Part shown: piece by piece, positions 38,888-52,121 of the stretch
Numbering within the stretch: position 1 is the stretch's first letter
Layout: every line of letters starts with the position of its first letter
Assembly: GCA_951406725.2 (NCBI GenBank)
Contig: OX597822.1
Location: 26,474,001 to 26,538,000, forward strand
DNA from: Octopus vulgaris
Lineage: Eukaryota
Direction: 5' to 3'
DNA length: 64,000 nucleotides
Translations under genes and position numbers: made by a program
Notes under the pieces: generated by a model
What the model was told of the DNA's origin: nothing
Database searches by the model: none
What the model saw: the letters and a program-made list of their open reading frames with translations, nothing else

Positions 38888-39112
<225 letters not shown>

Positions 39113-39719
39113 AATTGATGTGAATGTTTTCGTATTTGGAAAGTAGTTTTTCCATTTTCTTCAATCAAGCATGAACTTTTCTTTTGGCTAAATTCCTTCT
39201 TATATCAGCCGAAAACGTTATTAAATCCAGCTATTCCTCAGCACTGTACATATTTCCAAATCGGGTCTTTAGACTGAAAGTATGTCACAAGAGCGTTTGT
39301 TGTTGCTATAGACCACAGCATTTAAACCACTCGACTTTAGTACAATAAGCTTAGCGTTACTATTTAGAGAAGCAGAGAAACTGACTGTTTCATTGGAATA
39401 GCACTTCCGATATATTCATAGCATCGGAACGTTGCTATTTCGGTTACATGTCTAAGGATGAATGAGTAAGTCTTTGTGAGTCTTTCAACGACAAAAACTT
39501 TGACAACTGATGAAGGGTGATATTATATTGAATCAGGTATTTTTTTAATAATAAAACTATGCTGTCATAAGGCTCCCTGACACTTTGCTTCTTATTTTAT
39601 ATTCTGACTTCAAATAATGCTGCTTTATTGATTTGAGAAGTGAAAGTTAACTTAATGTGATGAGAACGATCACTTTAATTAATTAAAATTATATCTGTTT
39701 CAAAACATTTTTCGAGCTC

Positions 39720-39950
39720 TATGGATTCGTAAGGACCGGTTTCCCGGTTTCCGTCGCGTATATATATTTACGCGTTCGACAGGATGCCGACCTGTCGCAG
39801 GATTACTCATTTTTGCCAGCTGAGTGGATTGGAGCAACTTGAAATGAAGTGTTTTTTCTAAAATCACAACGCATCGACTTATCCGGGAATTGAAACCACA
39901 ATCTTACGATCATTAGCCCAGCACCCTAACCTCTAGGCCACACGCATCCA
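39720..39950 (-). mobile_element. tRNA SINE with CORE-like domain and V-like segment
   Basis: Reverse strand TGGCCTAGAGGTTAGGG, GGTTTCAATTCCC, CCACTCAGCTGGCAAAAATGAGTAATCCTGCGACAGG...GAAACCGGGAAACCGG. Confidence 0.7.
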
Positions 39951-40057
39951 TTGACGCACTAGAACGTCGATAAATTAAAATTGTAAATAGGCAAGGCTGT
40001 TCGTTAAATATCTATACTTTTGTGCTCTCTCCATTTGATCACTCGTCAGTTACTATG

Positions 40058-40229
40058 GGCGTAACTTCGGTATAAGTACCGAAGTACCGGATACATTTCA
40101 AGAAAGTGTTTTTTTTTATATATATATGGGGGGTTGGGGTTAGGGGTGGGAGAAAAGGGTTTCTGTTATCTTCAGAAATGTAAACAAAGCCACTTCCGGT
40201 ACTTACGGTACGTATACCGAAGGATCGCC
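40058..40229. mobile_element. MULE-like MITE (172 bp)
   Basis: Imperfect TIRs of about 35 bp (GGCG...CTTCGGTATA.GTACCG) and a perfect 9-bp TSD GTTACTATG at 40049-57 and 40230-38. Confidence 0.88.
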
Positions 40230-41864
40230 GTTACTATGTTGTCGGGCTTGGCATGGGTTTTATGAAACTGAGACAGCTTGCGTAAAGCCGTAGTGGTTCT
40301 ATTCAGGTCCTCATGAAACAAGGAGCGTTTTCGTAGTTCCCCGGTTTTATTAACCAACCAGAGTCCATTCATCTGCCATCTCGGTTATATAAACACAACG
40401 CAAATCGGTCTCGTAGCTTCTTTTTTTATTTGACATCCACCATTCCGAACAGCTGGTCATTATAACTGTTTGAACCAATGGTTACAATATTCGATTCGGG
40501 ATTTAGCTGGATAAAAACCCAAATTATCTCTTTTCACCAGGTTATATATGTTAATAGCTCTATTTACACGACACGCAGATTATTCAATAAACTAATACAA
40601 ACGTAGTATTTCCAATAAGCGCGTTATGTAAATAGAATTTTTATTAATGTTATAAACCGAAACGTGTTGTCTGTGCATGAATTAAGATTCACACATGTTT
40701 GCTGCTTTTTACTGTATGCATTGTCGACTGTTTAAAACCCCTATTCACAATCTTTTGGGAAAAAATTGATTATATAATTCTTTTGATTGTCATCTGTGTA
40801 ACTGCTTTATTTTCGACAAAAATTATCCATATACGAGTGATATGTCAATAATTCATTTTATTTTATTTATTTATTCATTTATTTATTTATTGTCAAATGA
40901 GTGCTTTCGTTCTTGAAAACTGGTGGTGATCTGCGTCAGCATGACTTGTGTTATTTAGAAAAGGCAACAAAAAGAGAGTGGTGAAATTACCGTGGGGAAA
41001 TGGAGTATCCAAAGTTTTGGCAGAGACCTTCGGGGTTAAAATGTCAAGATGGGTGGGGTGAAGGAAAAATAATAGAGTCTTACATTCTCTATGTTTGCGC
41101 GCCTGGCTGCAAGTGATGGGGAACGCAAGAAACCGTAAGCTCGCACACGTTGATAATTTGAAGTTAAGATCTTGCACTATTAACCAACTATCAAGCCTAT
41201 TCATAAGGTTTTTCCCTAATACAGTTTTCTGGTAGCTTTAGTAAAAGTTTCCATTGTCTATAGTGTATGTTTTATTGTTGGTGTTGGTACAATATTCCTG
41301 TCTCATTATAATCAATGGTAAATAACAACAGAAACTTCTCTTTACGTCTTAAATCTTAGACCAAAACTTATTTAAGATTTCTCGATAAATGGTTCATTTT
41401 ATTGACATACTTTACTTCATCTCATTCTCTTTCGCCCAACTTGTTCATAAAGGCTACTTTGTGGTTAATACAGCTTCATTGGCAGCGATATTTCTTCGTT
41501 AACGCTTTTAGTTCTGTTGAAAAAAAATAATTTCCTCTCAAGAGTATGTAGCTTAGGACCTTACAAACGTCTCCATTCGTCTTAGTTGTTTCGAGAGACA
41601 TAGTTGAAGTAATGTATGATTATTGTTCACCTTACATTTTACTTTGATATCTATATGTCCGATTAATGAGGCACAAAATGTTATTGTTTTTCCCTAGTTT
41701 TGTTATTGTTAGTCATAAAATCAAGATGTGTAGTTATGAAGAACATAATGAAAAGTTCGCATTTTAATAGTATCTTTTTCATTCGCTACAGTTTATAAGT
41801 GGAGCACCACGGCTCCAGTGTAATTGTTTATGAGAAAGTTAATCGATAGTTATTTTCTTCTAGT

Positions 41865-41867
41865 ACA

Positions 41868-41901
<34 letters not shown>

Positions 41902-42200
41902 CATACATGCATACATACATATATACATACATGCATACATGCATACATATATATATATACATGCATACACACATACATGCATACATACATACATACATAC
42001 ATACATACATACATACATGTATACACACATGTATACATACATGTATACATACATGTATACATGTATACATACATACATGTATATATACATGTATACGCAC
42101 ACACACACACAAAGAGAAGGGAGAGAGAGAAAGAAAGAGAGGGGGAGAGAGAGAGAAAGAAAGAGAAAGGAGAGAGAGAGAGACAGACAGACAGACAGAT
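41865..42200. repeat. (CATA)n and (GA)-rich simple repeat
   Basis: Direct inspection. Confidence 0.9.
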
Positions 42201-42827
42201 GTTCCTGTCGTTTTTGAAATTATTTCTAGTTTGTTGTCAATAACTTTTACCTTTTATAATAAATCTTTCGCGGTCAAGAATATCACGTGACTTCAATAAA
42301 ATTCTCGAATTTGTTTTTCAAAGAGGGGAAAAAAAAAACAAAAAAAAAAACGGAAGAAGTTCCTTTAATCAGCCGTCAAGTGGCCATTAGCTGTAATTTT
42401 ATCGTAAAGGGGCGGTTGCCAGACGAAATTGCTTACTTAATTGACAGCTCAACCGAAATAGAGGCTCACCGAAAAGGCAACATGGTCTGTGAATGAACTG
42501 ATATGTGTTGGATTCGATTCTTTTCAAGAAGCAACCAGTTACGTATCCATCTGAATGACTTATGCTGTATTGAACGCAGCTAGTTCAAGGTTGCTCCCAA
42601 GTCGTAGCATGCAGAAATTTATTCAATACTTAATATCATGTTTTCATATAGTCTCTTGCGATCTCCTCGATAACTTTTAACATGGGAGAAATGTATTTAT
42701 TCTCTTTCTCCCACCCTTTTCTCTCTGTCTCTCTCTCCTTCCCTTTCCCTTTCTCTCTCTCTCCAATAATCTGTTATGCGATACAACCCTGCCATCTCTT
42801 CAGTTATACCGTATCTTCCTAAATACC

Positions 42828-43060
42828 TATTTCTTTACTTCTCACAAGGGGCTAAACACAGAGAGGACAAACATGGACAGACAAACGGATTAGTTCGATT
42901 ATATCGACTCCAGTGCGTAACTGGTACTTACTTAATCGACCCCGAAAGGTTGAAAGGCAAAGTCGACCTCGGCAGAATTTGAACTCAGAACGTAAAGACA
43001 GACGAAATACCACTAAGTATTTCGCCCGGCGTGCTAACGTCTCTGCCAGCACGCCACCTT
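42828..43060 (-). mobile_element. SINE family B, full length
   Basis: Full match to the 62783 copy; flanking direct repeat TATCTTCCTAA. Confidence 0.9.
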
Positions 43061-43406
43061 TATCTTCCTAAGTAGCGACCGCAGTACACACTCCGACATG
43101 CAGTGATAAATTGCATATATATTGCATGGGATGCATCATGGCAGTATGGGCATATTGCACTCTGGCCACTGTCCAATCTATCCCCGTACGGTTGTAGAAG
43201 AATATCTGGAAAATCAGTGGAGGCACGTGGCAGGGAGACTAATCGTTTCTTCTTTCTCTATTTATCATACACTGTTGGGGTTTTAAGCAGTCTCTTGTTT
43301 CTTCTTTCTGGTACGTCTTCTTGCTTCAATATTTCATTCATCGCATAACTTCAACTCAATTTCAGATGGTTAGGGTTAGGGGTCAATGGTCAATGTTTCT
43401 CAATTA

Positions 43407-43926
43407 CCGCAAATCTTCGTGTATAATCCGCACTTTTTTCCTAAAATTTAAAGGTCAAAATTTCTAGTGCGTACTATATACGATTTTGAAAATGAAAATT
43501 ATTTTCTAAGCAATGTCCGAGTCTCTATTTGCTGTCCGGCAATGTTTATTCAGACATATTTTGTGATGTCGGGTGTGAAAATACCTTAAGCTAAGCCTGA
43601 AAACAATGAAGTCATAAAGAATCATCCATAACTTGCAGTAAGCAACATTTATTAAACGTTATTACTGTTATTACTGTTATTTCTTTATTTTCTGCAAACA
43701 AAATGCACAAAAAAGCTACACGTGTGCATTATGTTATATATACAATAATAACAAAGGACGTTACCGTATACAGTTTTACAAACCAAGGACGTTATATAGA
43801 CCGCCTTGACTCAAGTTAGAGAAGGGGTGCGTATTATACACAAGGTTTAGGTTTTTCAGAGGTATAGCCCCCTAAAAATCCCCTGCGCATTATACTCAAG
43901 GTCGGACTATACTCGAAGATTTACGG
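43407..43926. mobile_element. Tc1/mariner-superfamily MITE, second copy
   Basis: TA followed by CCGCAAATCTTCG at the left and CTCGAAGATTTACGG followed by TA at the right; colinear with 5972-6737 except for the middle. Confidence 0.88.
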
Positions 43927-44232
43927 TACCTAAAATGTCTTAAAATCCTTTTAGTTACAAACAGTGTCATGAAATTTCATAATATGATCTTGGAATCATT
44001 TTTAACACGGTCAATCTGAGTAATAGTTTTATTCCAAAATCCAAACAAAACCAAGAAATTTAAATCCAAAATTTGATTCAGTTGTGCATCAACTATATAT
44101 ATCAGTAGTTAGAATTTTATTAGTTATACTTTGCGAAATTTCGCAATGATATCAAAGTATTTATGATCTGGGTTCTCAAGATTCCTTTCTGAAACTCTAT
44201 TGAGTTATCAGATTCAGATTTAACTGTTATTG

Positions 44233-44762
<530 letters not shown>

Positions 44763-44774
44763 TAACTGTTATTG

Positions 44775-45650
44775 GCTTGGCGTCTTTCAGTTTTTGCCAC
44801 CGGAGTGTAGGGTAGAAAAATAATGAATAAAGTTAAATTGCATCGAAGAAGGTTACCATAACGCATCGCGGTTAGCAGCAGGGACACCAACCAAATCGAA
44901 AGAATAATTATCGCAATTTACAAAAATAGCTTTGTAATGTTTCTCATTAAATCTCTGTTGAACGCCATTTTCATAACCAGCCATTCCTTCAACATTGTCA
45001 TAGCACTGAAGTTTACGGTCTTCTTTCAGTATTTTGTCGTTTACAGATTATTCCAAACTTACTTCCTCTGTTTACAACAGCCATTAGTTGCAGTTGGATA
45101 AATTAAAGAGGAATATACTCTTTTATAAACACTGCCTTCTCTTTAAAATCAATATCAACATAACTATCGTTCTGTCATTCGCTTTCGATACGCTTGATCA
45201 AACATAAGGTCAAAATATTTGGCCTTATGAATGTTATATGCTAATTACGCCTTCTCTAACTGCCATCAACTGAATACATTCGTTCTCTACCAATGGAAAT
45301 AAATATTATCGTCATATGACAGTGAATATATCGAACAAGAGCCGGCGGTCTTGTTCATAATTTCGGCAAACAAAACTGTTTGCTGACCCGTGCAAATATC
45401 TGTCAACCAATAATAAATCGTTATATGCATGGTGAACAGCGAGACTCAAAATGATGACTTGTGTATAATTATTCTTAATAGGTTCCAATAGATTCGCTAT
45501 TGTGTATGCCACAGGAGAATAGTTTCTTTTCCTGGACGATTATATTTTCATAACACACTTGATTCATTTTTACGAGGGATTCTGGGATACCTGTGTTTCA
45601 AAATGCTGCGTCTTGTCAGTCAGAAGTAATCAGACAATGCCTGGAATAAA
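44775..45650 (-). mobile_element. hAT transposase remnant (ZMYM1/Tip100-like)
   Basis: Reverse strand QCYDNVEGMAGYENGVQQRFNEKHYKAIFVNCDNYSFDLVGV matches the hAT Q.YD...M.G...GV and C..H.L.L region. Confidence 0.75.
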
Positions 45651-45789
45651 TATATTTTTCCAAATTTATTTTTTCCGTATTACCAATATGTTGTTACATA
45701 ACAGAGTCAAAGTTTGCCAACAATTTTAATTCCTTGCCCTAAAATGAAATTTCCAAAATTATTTCCCCTCTTCTTCTGTATGGAATTCC

Positions 45790-46015
45790 TCGGTCAATTT
45801 TGATTTTAAATTTTGACACAAGGCCAGCAATTTCGGGGCAGGGATAAGTCAAACACATCGACACCAGTGTTTATCTGGTACTTATTTTATCGATCTCGAA
45901 AGGACGAAGGGCAAAAGTCGTCTCCGGCGGAATTCGAACTCAGAACGTAAAGACGGAACTCAGAACGTAAAGCAGTTTGCCCAGCGTCCTAACGATTCTG
46001 CCAACTCTCCGCCTT
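45790..46015 (-). mobile_element. SINE family B head and domain with an alternative tail
   Basis: Same head and domain as 62783, but the tail reads CCCCGAAATTGCTGGCCTTGTGTCAAAATTT. Confidence 0.75.
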
Positions 46016-46714
46016 AGGTTGATCAAATATCTATAATTGAAAACTATTATCATAATTCATTAGCGTAATTTCGTATATTTTCTCATAGTTTTGTTTACTT
46101 AAATTAGAATGTTTTTTTTTTTACTGTTTGTACTTTTCAAATAAAGGACTTAAAAAATATATAAATAATTTATGACTATGACCGGTGTCAATATTTGTGT
46201 CGTAAAACATCATGACCATACGATGCAAGATTTGACATGCTAAACATTCTATACAATAGGATAATTCTATAGAGAACATCTCGCCATTTTTTCTTTCTGA
46301 TGCAATTTAAGCTTCAAGCTTAATGTTATTAATTCCGCTGTTTTCTAAAAGGATTCCTTTTTATTTCCTTACATTGAAAAGAAGCAGTATCCATGTGATT
46401 TTGCATTTCCATGGGTGCTAAGCTTTACTAGTACTTTCCAATATTAAAATCTATTTTCTTGTTCCAGTGCTGAATGACTGGCAAACAACAAAAGCAAAAC
46501 GTTTTCTTCTCCCAAAGAATAAACAAGCTATAAGCGTTAAATTTCTCCATAATTCTTCTAAGCAATTTTTCATTTTTTTTAGCTTTTTTGAACCATTATC
46601 GGATATGTGGGGAGCAAACAGCACTTTACTATAACTGATAGCGTTTCAAACCCAAATTAACCCACCTTTATTCACAAGATATCTTATAACATTCTTTGTT
46701 TATTTTTTTATTGT

Positions 46715-46911
46715 TTTACTTGTTTCAGTCATTTGACTGTGGCCATGCTGGAGCACTGCCTTTTGGTCGAAGAAATCGACTCCTGGACTTATTCTTTGTA
46801 AGCCTGGCACTTATTCTGTCGGTCTCTTTTGCTGAGCCGCTAAACTACGGGGACGTAAACACACCGGCATCGGTTGTTAAACAGGGACAAATACAGACAC
46901 AACACACACAA

Positions 46912-46963
<52 letters not shown>

Positions 46964-47140
46964 ACATACACAAATACACAGATATACGACAGGCGTCTTT
47001 CAGTTTCCATCTACCAAATCCAGTCACAAAACTTTGGTTGGCCCGAGGCTCTAGTAGAAGACACTTGCCCATAGTGCCACGCAGTGGAACTGAACCGGAA
47101 CCATGTGGTTGGGAAGCAAGTTTCTTGCCACGCCTGCGCC
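46715..47140 (-). mobile_element. SINE family A
   Basis: Reverse-strand match to 7308. Confidence 0.88.
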
Positions 47141-47159
47141 ATTCTCTTTTCCTCTTTTC

Positions 47160-47535
47160 CTCTTTTACTTGTTTCAGTCATTGACTGCGGCCATGCTGGA
47201 GCACCGCCTTTAGTAGAGGAAATCGACCCCAGGACTTATTCTTTGTAAGCCTGTTACTTATTCTATCAGTCTCTTTTTTCCGAACCGCTAAGTTACGGGG
47301 ACGTAAACACACCAGCATCAGTTGTCAAGCGATGTTGGGGGATGGAAACACAGACACACAAACACACACACACATATATATATATATACATATACATATA
47401 TACGATGGGCTTCTTTCAGTTTCCGTCTACCAAATCTATTCACAGGGCTTTGGTCGGCCCGAGACTATAGTAGAAGACACTTGCCCAAGGTACCAAGCAG
47501 TGGGACTGAACCCGGAACCATGTGGTTTGTAAGTC
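47160..47535 (-). mobile_element. SINE family A, tandem to the previous copy
   Basis: Reverse-strand match to 7308; 5' end clipped. Confidence 0.88.
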
Positions 47536-47625
47536 TTATAACAAACTCCAAGAAATACACACGATGCGATGAAGGCTGTGAATTAAGCTTGTTTTTCAAT
47601 ATCTTAAGTTTTAGGATCTTCTGCC

Positions 47626-47945
47626 ATGAAAGCGCGGGATTTAGTGCTTACGGTATTCGGCTGAAGATCGTATTGCCGCGATTTCGATTCCCGGCTGCGT
47701 GTTGTGTCCTTAAGCAATATACTTTATTTCACATTATTCCAATCCACTCAGCTGGCAAAAATGAGTTGTACCTGCTATTCAAAGTGTCAGCCTTGTCATA
47801 TTCTGTGTCGCACAGAATATCCCCGAGAACTACGTCAAGGGTACGTGTATCTGTGGAATGCTCAGCTACTTGCACGTTAATTTCACGAGCAAGCTGTTCC
47901 GTTGATCCGATCAACTAGAACCCACGTCACCAAAACCGACGAAAT
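47626..47945 (+). mobile_element. tRNA SINE, same type as 13946
   Basis: CCACTCAGCTGGCAAAAATGAGT and GAATATCCCCGAGAACTACGT tail. Confidence 0.82.
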
Positions 47946-48039
47946 GCTTATTTCTTCAGTTTAGTATACTCTGCGACTTTGAAAGACACTTCTCGATCAT
48001 AAAGACACTTAATCACCATATTGGTCAAGTCATGGACAT

Positions 48040-48084
<45 letters not shown>

Positions 48085-48140
48085 CATACACATATAAACA
48101 CACCTATACACACATATACGTATGTGTGTATGAATGTACG

Positions 48141-48222
48141 CTCTCTTCTATTTTTGATTATTTGAAATCTTGTGAGGAAGAAAGAGGTTTCTAATAAGGT
48201 TACAAAACTTCATCGCAGGAAT
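48141..48222 (-). mobile_element. R4/Dong-like 3' UTR stub
   Basis: CTCTTCTATTTTTGATTAT...GGTTTCTAATAAGG.TACAA, similar to 49678-49760; runs into (TATG)n. Confidence 0.5.
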
Positions 48223-48732
48223 GTATGTATGTATGTATGTATGTATGTATGTATGTATGTATGTATGTATGTGTGTATGTGTATGTATGTATGTATGTAT
48301 GTATGTATGTATGTATGTATGTATGTATGTGTGTGTATGTATGTATGTATGTATGTATGTATGTATAAAAGGTGTTAAAACACTGGAATTTTTAATACCG
48401 ATGTATGATATCGATGCTTTTGCACTAACTATATTGACAGCAGTTATTGTGAAAGAATATTTATATAATTTTAAGTACCTAATTTAATATGCCCAAATTC
48501 TTTAAAAGATGTATTTTTTAATTAAATAATCAAAACCACGAGAAAACCAAACGAAGTTATAGTAATGAATTATAATAATATTTTTTTTTTCAATTACAAA
48601 TATTCCAGCAGAATTAATAAGCAGAAAAACTAAATATAAAAGAAATATTTAGAATTACATATCTTTTTAAAATTACAACTAAAAGAAAAGTGTTTTGAGG
48701 AAAAGCAGTCTGTTTAGAATAATTCATTTCAC

Positions 48733-48900
48733 GACGCAGGTGTGACTGTGTGATTCAGAAGCGCCCTTCTCAACCGTGTGGTTTTGAGTTCAGTCTCACT
48801 GCGTGGAAACTTGATCAAGTGTCTTCTACTATAGCTCCTGAACGACCAAGGCCGTATGAGTATATTCAGTTAAAAGGAAACTGAAAAAAGTTCGTCGTTT
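48733..48900 (+). mobile_element. Degenerate SINE family A head
   Basis: GAGTTCAGTCTCACTGCGTGG...CAAGTGTCTTCTACTATAGC. Confidence 0.7.
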
Positions 48901-48975
48901 ATAAATGTACATGTATGTATTTCCCCCTCCCTTTCTCAGCCTTCATTCTTTCTGGTTTCCTTTTCTTCTACCCTA

Positions 48976-49017
<42 letters not shown>

Positions 49018-49029
49018 CTTCATTCTTTC

Positions 49030-49640
49030 TGGTTTCCTCTACAACCATTCCCTCCCCCTTCTCTCTTACTCCTCCTCTGTCCCGTCGTTGACCAGCGACG
49101 AGAAAACTACTGTCTTTCTGACCTCGCTTCCCTCGAGTGTAGACGGCTTTTCTGTCTCTCTCTGCCGTTCTCAACAAGCGTTCGTAATATTTTCTCTCGT
49201 TTGGCTTAACAGCCCTCATTGTGTGTTACTGTTATTCTCCTTGCCCTGTCTTTTACTGTTTATAATTTCTACTGTCTTCACTGTCCTGTTTTTGTTACCA
49301 TTTTACACCTCCGCAAAAAAATCTCAAATTTTATTTAATTTGCTTTTAGCGGGAAGGACTGTTTCAATGAAGACGTGTCTCGCCTTGACCTTCGAAACGC
49401 GGAGTAGATGAAACAGAGGCGACTGAAGAAGGGGAATTTTCCTTGTGTTGTATGTCCTGTACTCTATTTTTTCGTTGTTTAAGAAAAATGTCCATTTCCT
49501 TGGATTTGTGCTTATGTTTTCGTTTCTCATTGTGTTCGACGTTGTTTTGGTGTCCTGTACCCATATATGCATGTATATATACATGTAGATGTAGGTACAT
49601 ACATATATGTATGTATATATGCATATGTTTTATTTATTAA
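49030..49640 (+). mobile_element. Unclassified non-autonomous element (Penelope-like), copy 1
   Basis: Colinear similarity with 54513-55143; contains TGAAGAC...CGAAACG and CTGAAGAAGG motifs. Confidence 0.65.
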
Positions 49641-49677
49641 TTTGTTATGTATGTATGTATGTATGTATGTATGTATG

Positions 49678-50250
49678 TCTCTTCTGTTTTTTTAATTATT
49701 ATAAATCTTCCATGAGGAAGGAGCCGGTTTCCAACAAAGATACAAGGCTCCATCTTTGGGATGTAGTTAACACAGACAAACTCACATTTGGGACTTGAGA
49801 AAAGTCTTGCATATTTTTACTGTTCCACTCAGAGATTGCTCTTGTAATGTACGAATCAGCCGGTCGATTTTTCTTTCTGAAAATCCCAGTTTATCCAGAT
49901 TCTCCTTTAGGCACGTACGAACAAAACCTCGTGTTCCAATTATTATTGGTATGAACATGAATTCATAGTCTGAATATAGAAACTGGAGGTTTCGAAGCAA
50001 TTGTCCATAGATATCCTCCTTTTCTTTGATTTCCAAGGAGATATTTATATCTGCAGGGTAGCTGGCTTCTATGATGGTACATACCTTTGCCCCTCGGTCC
50101 CCCCAAAAATCAGTATCCGGCTTGTTATATTTACATTTAACAGACGTTTTGACGGAAATATTCCACCAATATTTCTTGGTGTTTATGAATGTATTCCATA
50201 ATAGAGGGGTTTTCTAAGTCTATTCCAGGACAGTCTTTTTGCGGATGGTA
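49678..50250 (-). mobile_element. R4/Dong-like LINE 3' fragment (restriction-like endonuclease region)
   Basis: EKEDIYGQL...FIPIIIG..G...LQEQSLSGTVKICKTFL; both junctions lie in (TATG)n. Confidence 0.78.
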
Positions 50251-50383
50251 TTGTATGTATGTATGTTTTATGTGCGTGCGCGTGTGTTTGTGTATGTATG
50301 TATGTATGCATGCATGCATGCATGCATGCATGTATGTATTCTTTTATTCGTTTCAGTTATTTGACTTCGGCCATGCTGGAGCA

Positions 50384-50632
50384 TTATTCAGTTTTATTTC
50401 AATATTACTTGCCAATAGAGAAAGGGCCGGTTTCTAACCCAGATCCAATGCTCCTTCACTGGAATTTCAGCATCAACAGGATATTTTTATATGTATGCGT
50501 GTATATGTGCAGATTTGTAAGTATTATTTCATATATATATCCTCATACACATAGTTGCATGCTTGGACATGCTTGTATATACTTGAATGATAAACTTCTG
50601 GAAAGTTTTACAGATTTTTACAGTTCCAGTGA
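50384..50632 (-). mobile_element. R4/Dong-like LINE 3' end, second subfamily
   Basis: Reverse strand GGAACTGTAAAAATCTGTAAAACTTTC encodes GTVKICKTF; UTR similar to 1768-1970. Confidence 0.65.
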
Positions 50633-50689
50633 TGTATGTATGAATTATGTATAAATGTATGTATATATGTATGTATGTTTGTATGGAGG

Positions 50690-50940
50690 TATGTGTTTGC
50701 GTCTCCTATCCATAACATTGCATGGCAGTTGTAAACGAGTGCCACTGTTATACAAGCAGTATCCTTAGTTCTTCAATATTTCGAGAAACATGTCCAGTCA
50801 TGGGAAAACTACTTGGCTTGGAAATAAGTGAAGGTTAGCGACGAGAAGGGCTCCTGCCGTGGAAACTCTATCTCCAAGAATTCCGTCTGACACATGCAAG
50901 CATGGAAAAGTGGACGTTAATACTACGATGATGATCATGA
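50690..50940 (+). mobile_element. Degenerate SINE 3' part
   Basis: Tail GCAAGCATGGAAAAGTGGACGTTAA...GATGATGAT, as at 6930-7217. Confidence 0.55.
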
Positions 50941-51164
50941 TTTTGAAACATAAATGTAAAGAAACAAAGAATTATTTCAGTAGAGTCTTTGATAGACCCA
51001 ATCCCTGTTTTGAGTGAAATAAGCCTGCGGTCTGAAGCGCTCTTTCTGATCGAAGGCTTGTTTGTTAGAATCACACGCTGGCGACTGACGTCAAACATTT
51101 AGTGTTATACGGACAGTGAGTTAATCATGATTTGGATGGAAAACCCGATATATATATGTATATA

Positions 51165-51564
51165 TATATATGAAACTAGGTTTGAAAATGCAATTTTAAA
51201 AGATGTTTATTTCACTTGACCGGTTTCACTTTTTTAGAAAAAGATTGTCAAAAGTAACATGTAAAAGCTTTGTTGTGTTAGGTACTGGTTGCCACAAAGT
51301 ATTACAATACATATATACATTCTTTGATAATAATAAGGACATGTTAAAAACAGTTTTTAACATGTCCTTATTATTATCAAAGAATGTTTTTGTTTGTTTT
51401 TGTTTTGTTTTTGTATATATGTATTGTAATACTTTGTGTCAACCAGTACCTAACACAACAAAGCTTTTACATGTTACTTTTGACAATCTTTTTCTAAAAA
51501 AGTGAAACCGGTCAAGTGAATAAACATCTTTTAAAATTGCATTTTCAAACCTACTTTCATATAT
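51165..51564. repeat. Near-perfect palindrome of about 400 bp
   Basis: Arms of about 185 bp centred on GTTAAAAAC-A-GTTTTTAAC (51352); insertion of about 26 nt in the right arm. Confidence 0.95.
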
Positions 51565-51604
51565 AATTCCACTCGTGCGATACCTTACAACTTCACTTTG
51601 TTAT

Positions 51605-51663
<59 letters not shown>

Positions 51664-51750
51664 ATATATATACATATATATATATATACATATATATACA
51701 TATTTATATATATATATATATTTGTATATATATGTAGTTATACATGTATG

Positions 51751-51797
<47 letters not shown>

Positions 51798-51812
51798 GTA
51801 TATATAAATATA

Positions 51813-51851
<39 letters not shown>

Positions 51852-52121
51852 CAGACATACATACATACACACACACGCATATATGTATGTATGTATATAA
51901 TATGCCTAGATGGGTACAGGACGTCACCAATTGTGTAAACAACATGAAATACGTAGACAAACGAATTCAATACGTAAACAACGAGAGAAAAAATGGAAAA
52001 CAGGACAAGTAAACGCAGAGAAACGACCTGTCTATCTACTCCTCATTTCGTGCATTCAACGACAATATGAGTGTTCAGAGTATGCGTGTGCATACATACG
52101 CACATACATACATACATACAT

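Noticed and set aside
39396-39441. Hairpin AATAGCA-C-TTCCGAT...ATCGGAA-CGT-TGCTATT as a pre-miRNA
   Set aside because: The stem is only about 15 bp, too short for a canonical precursor
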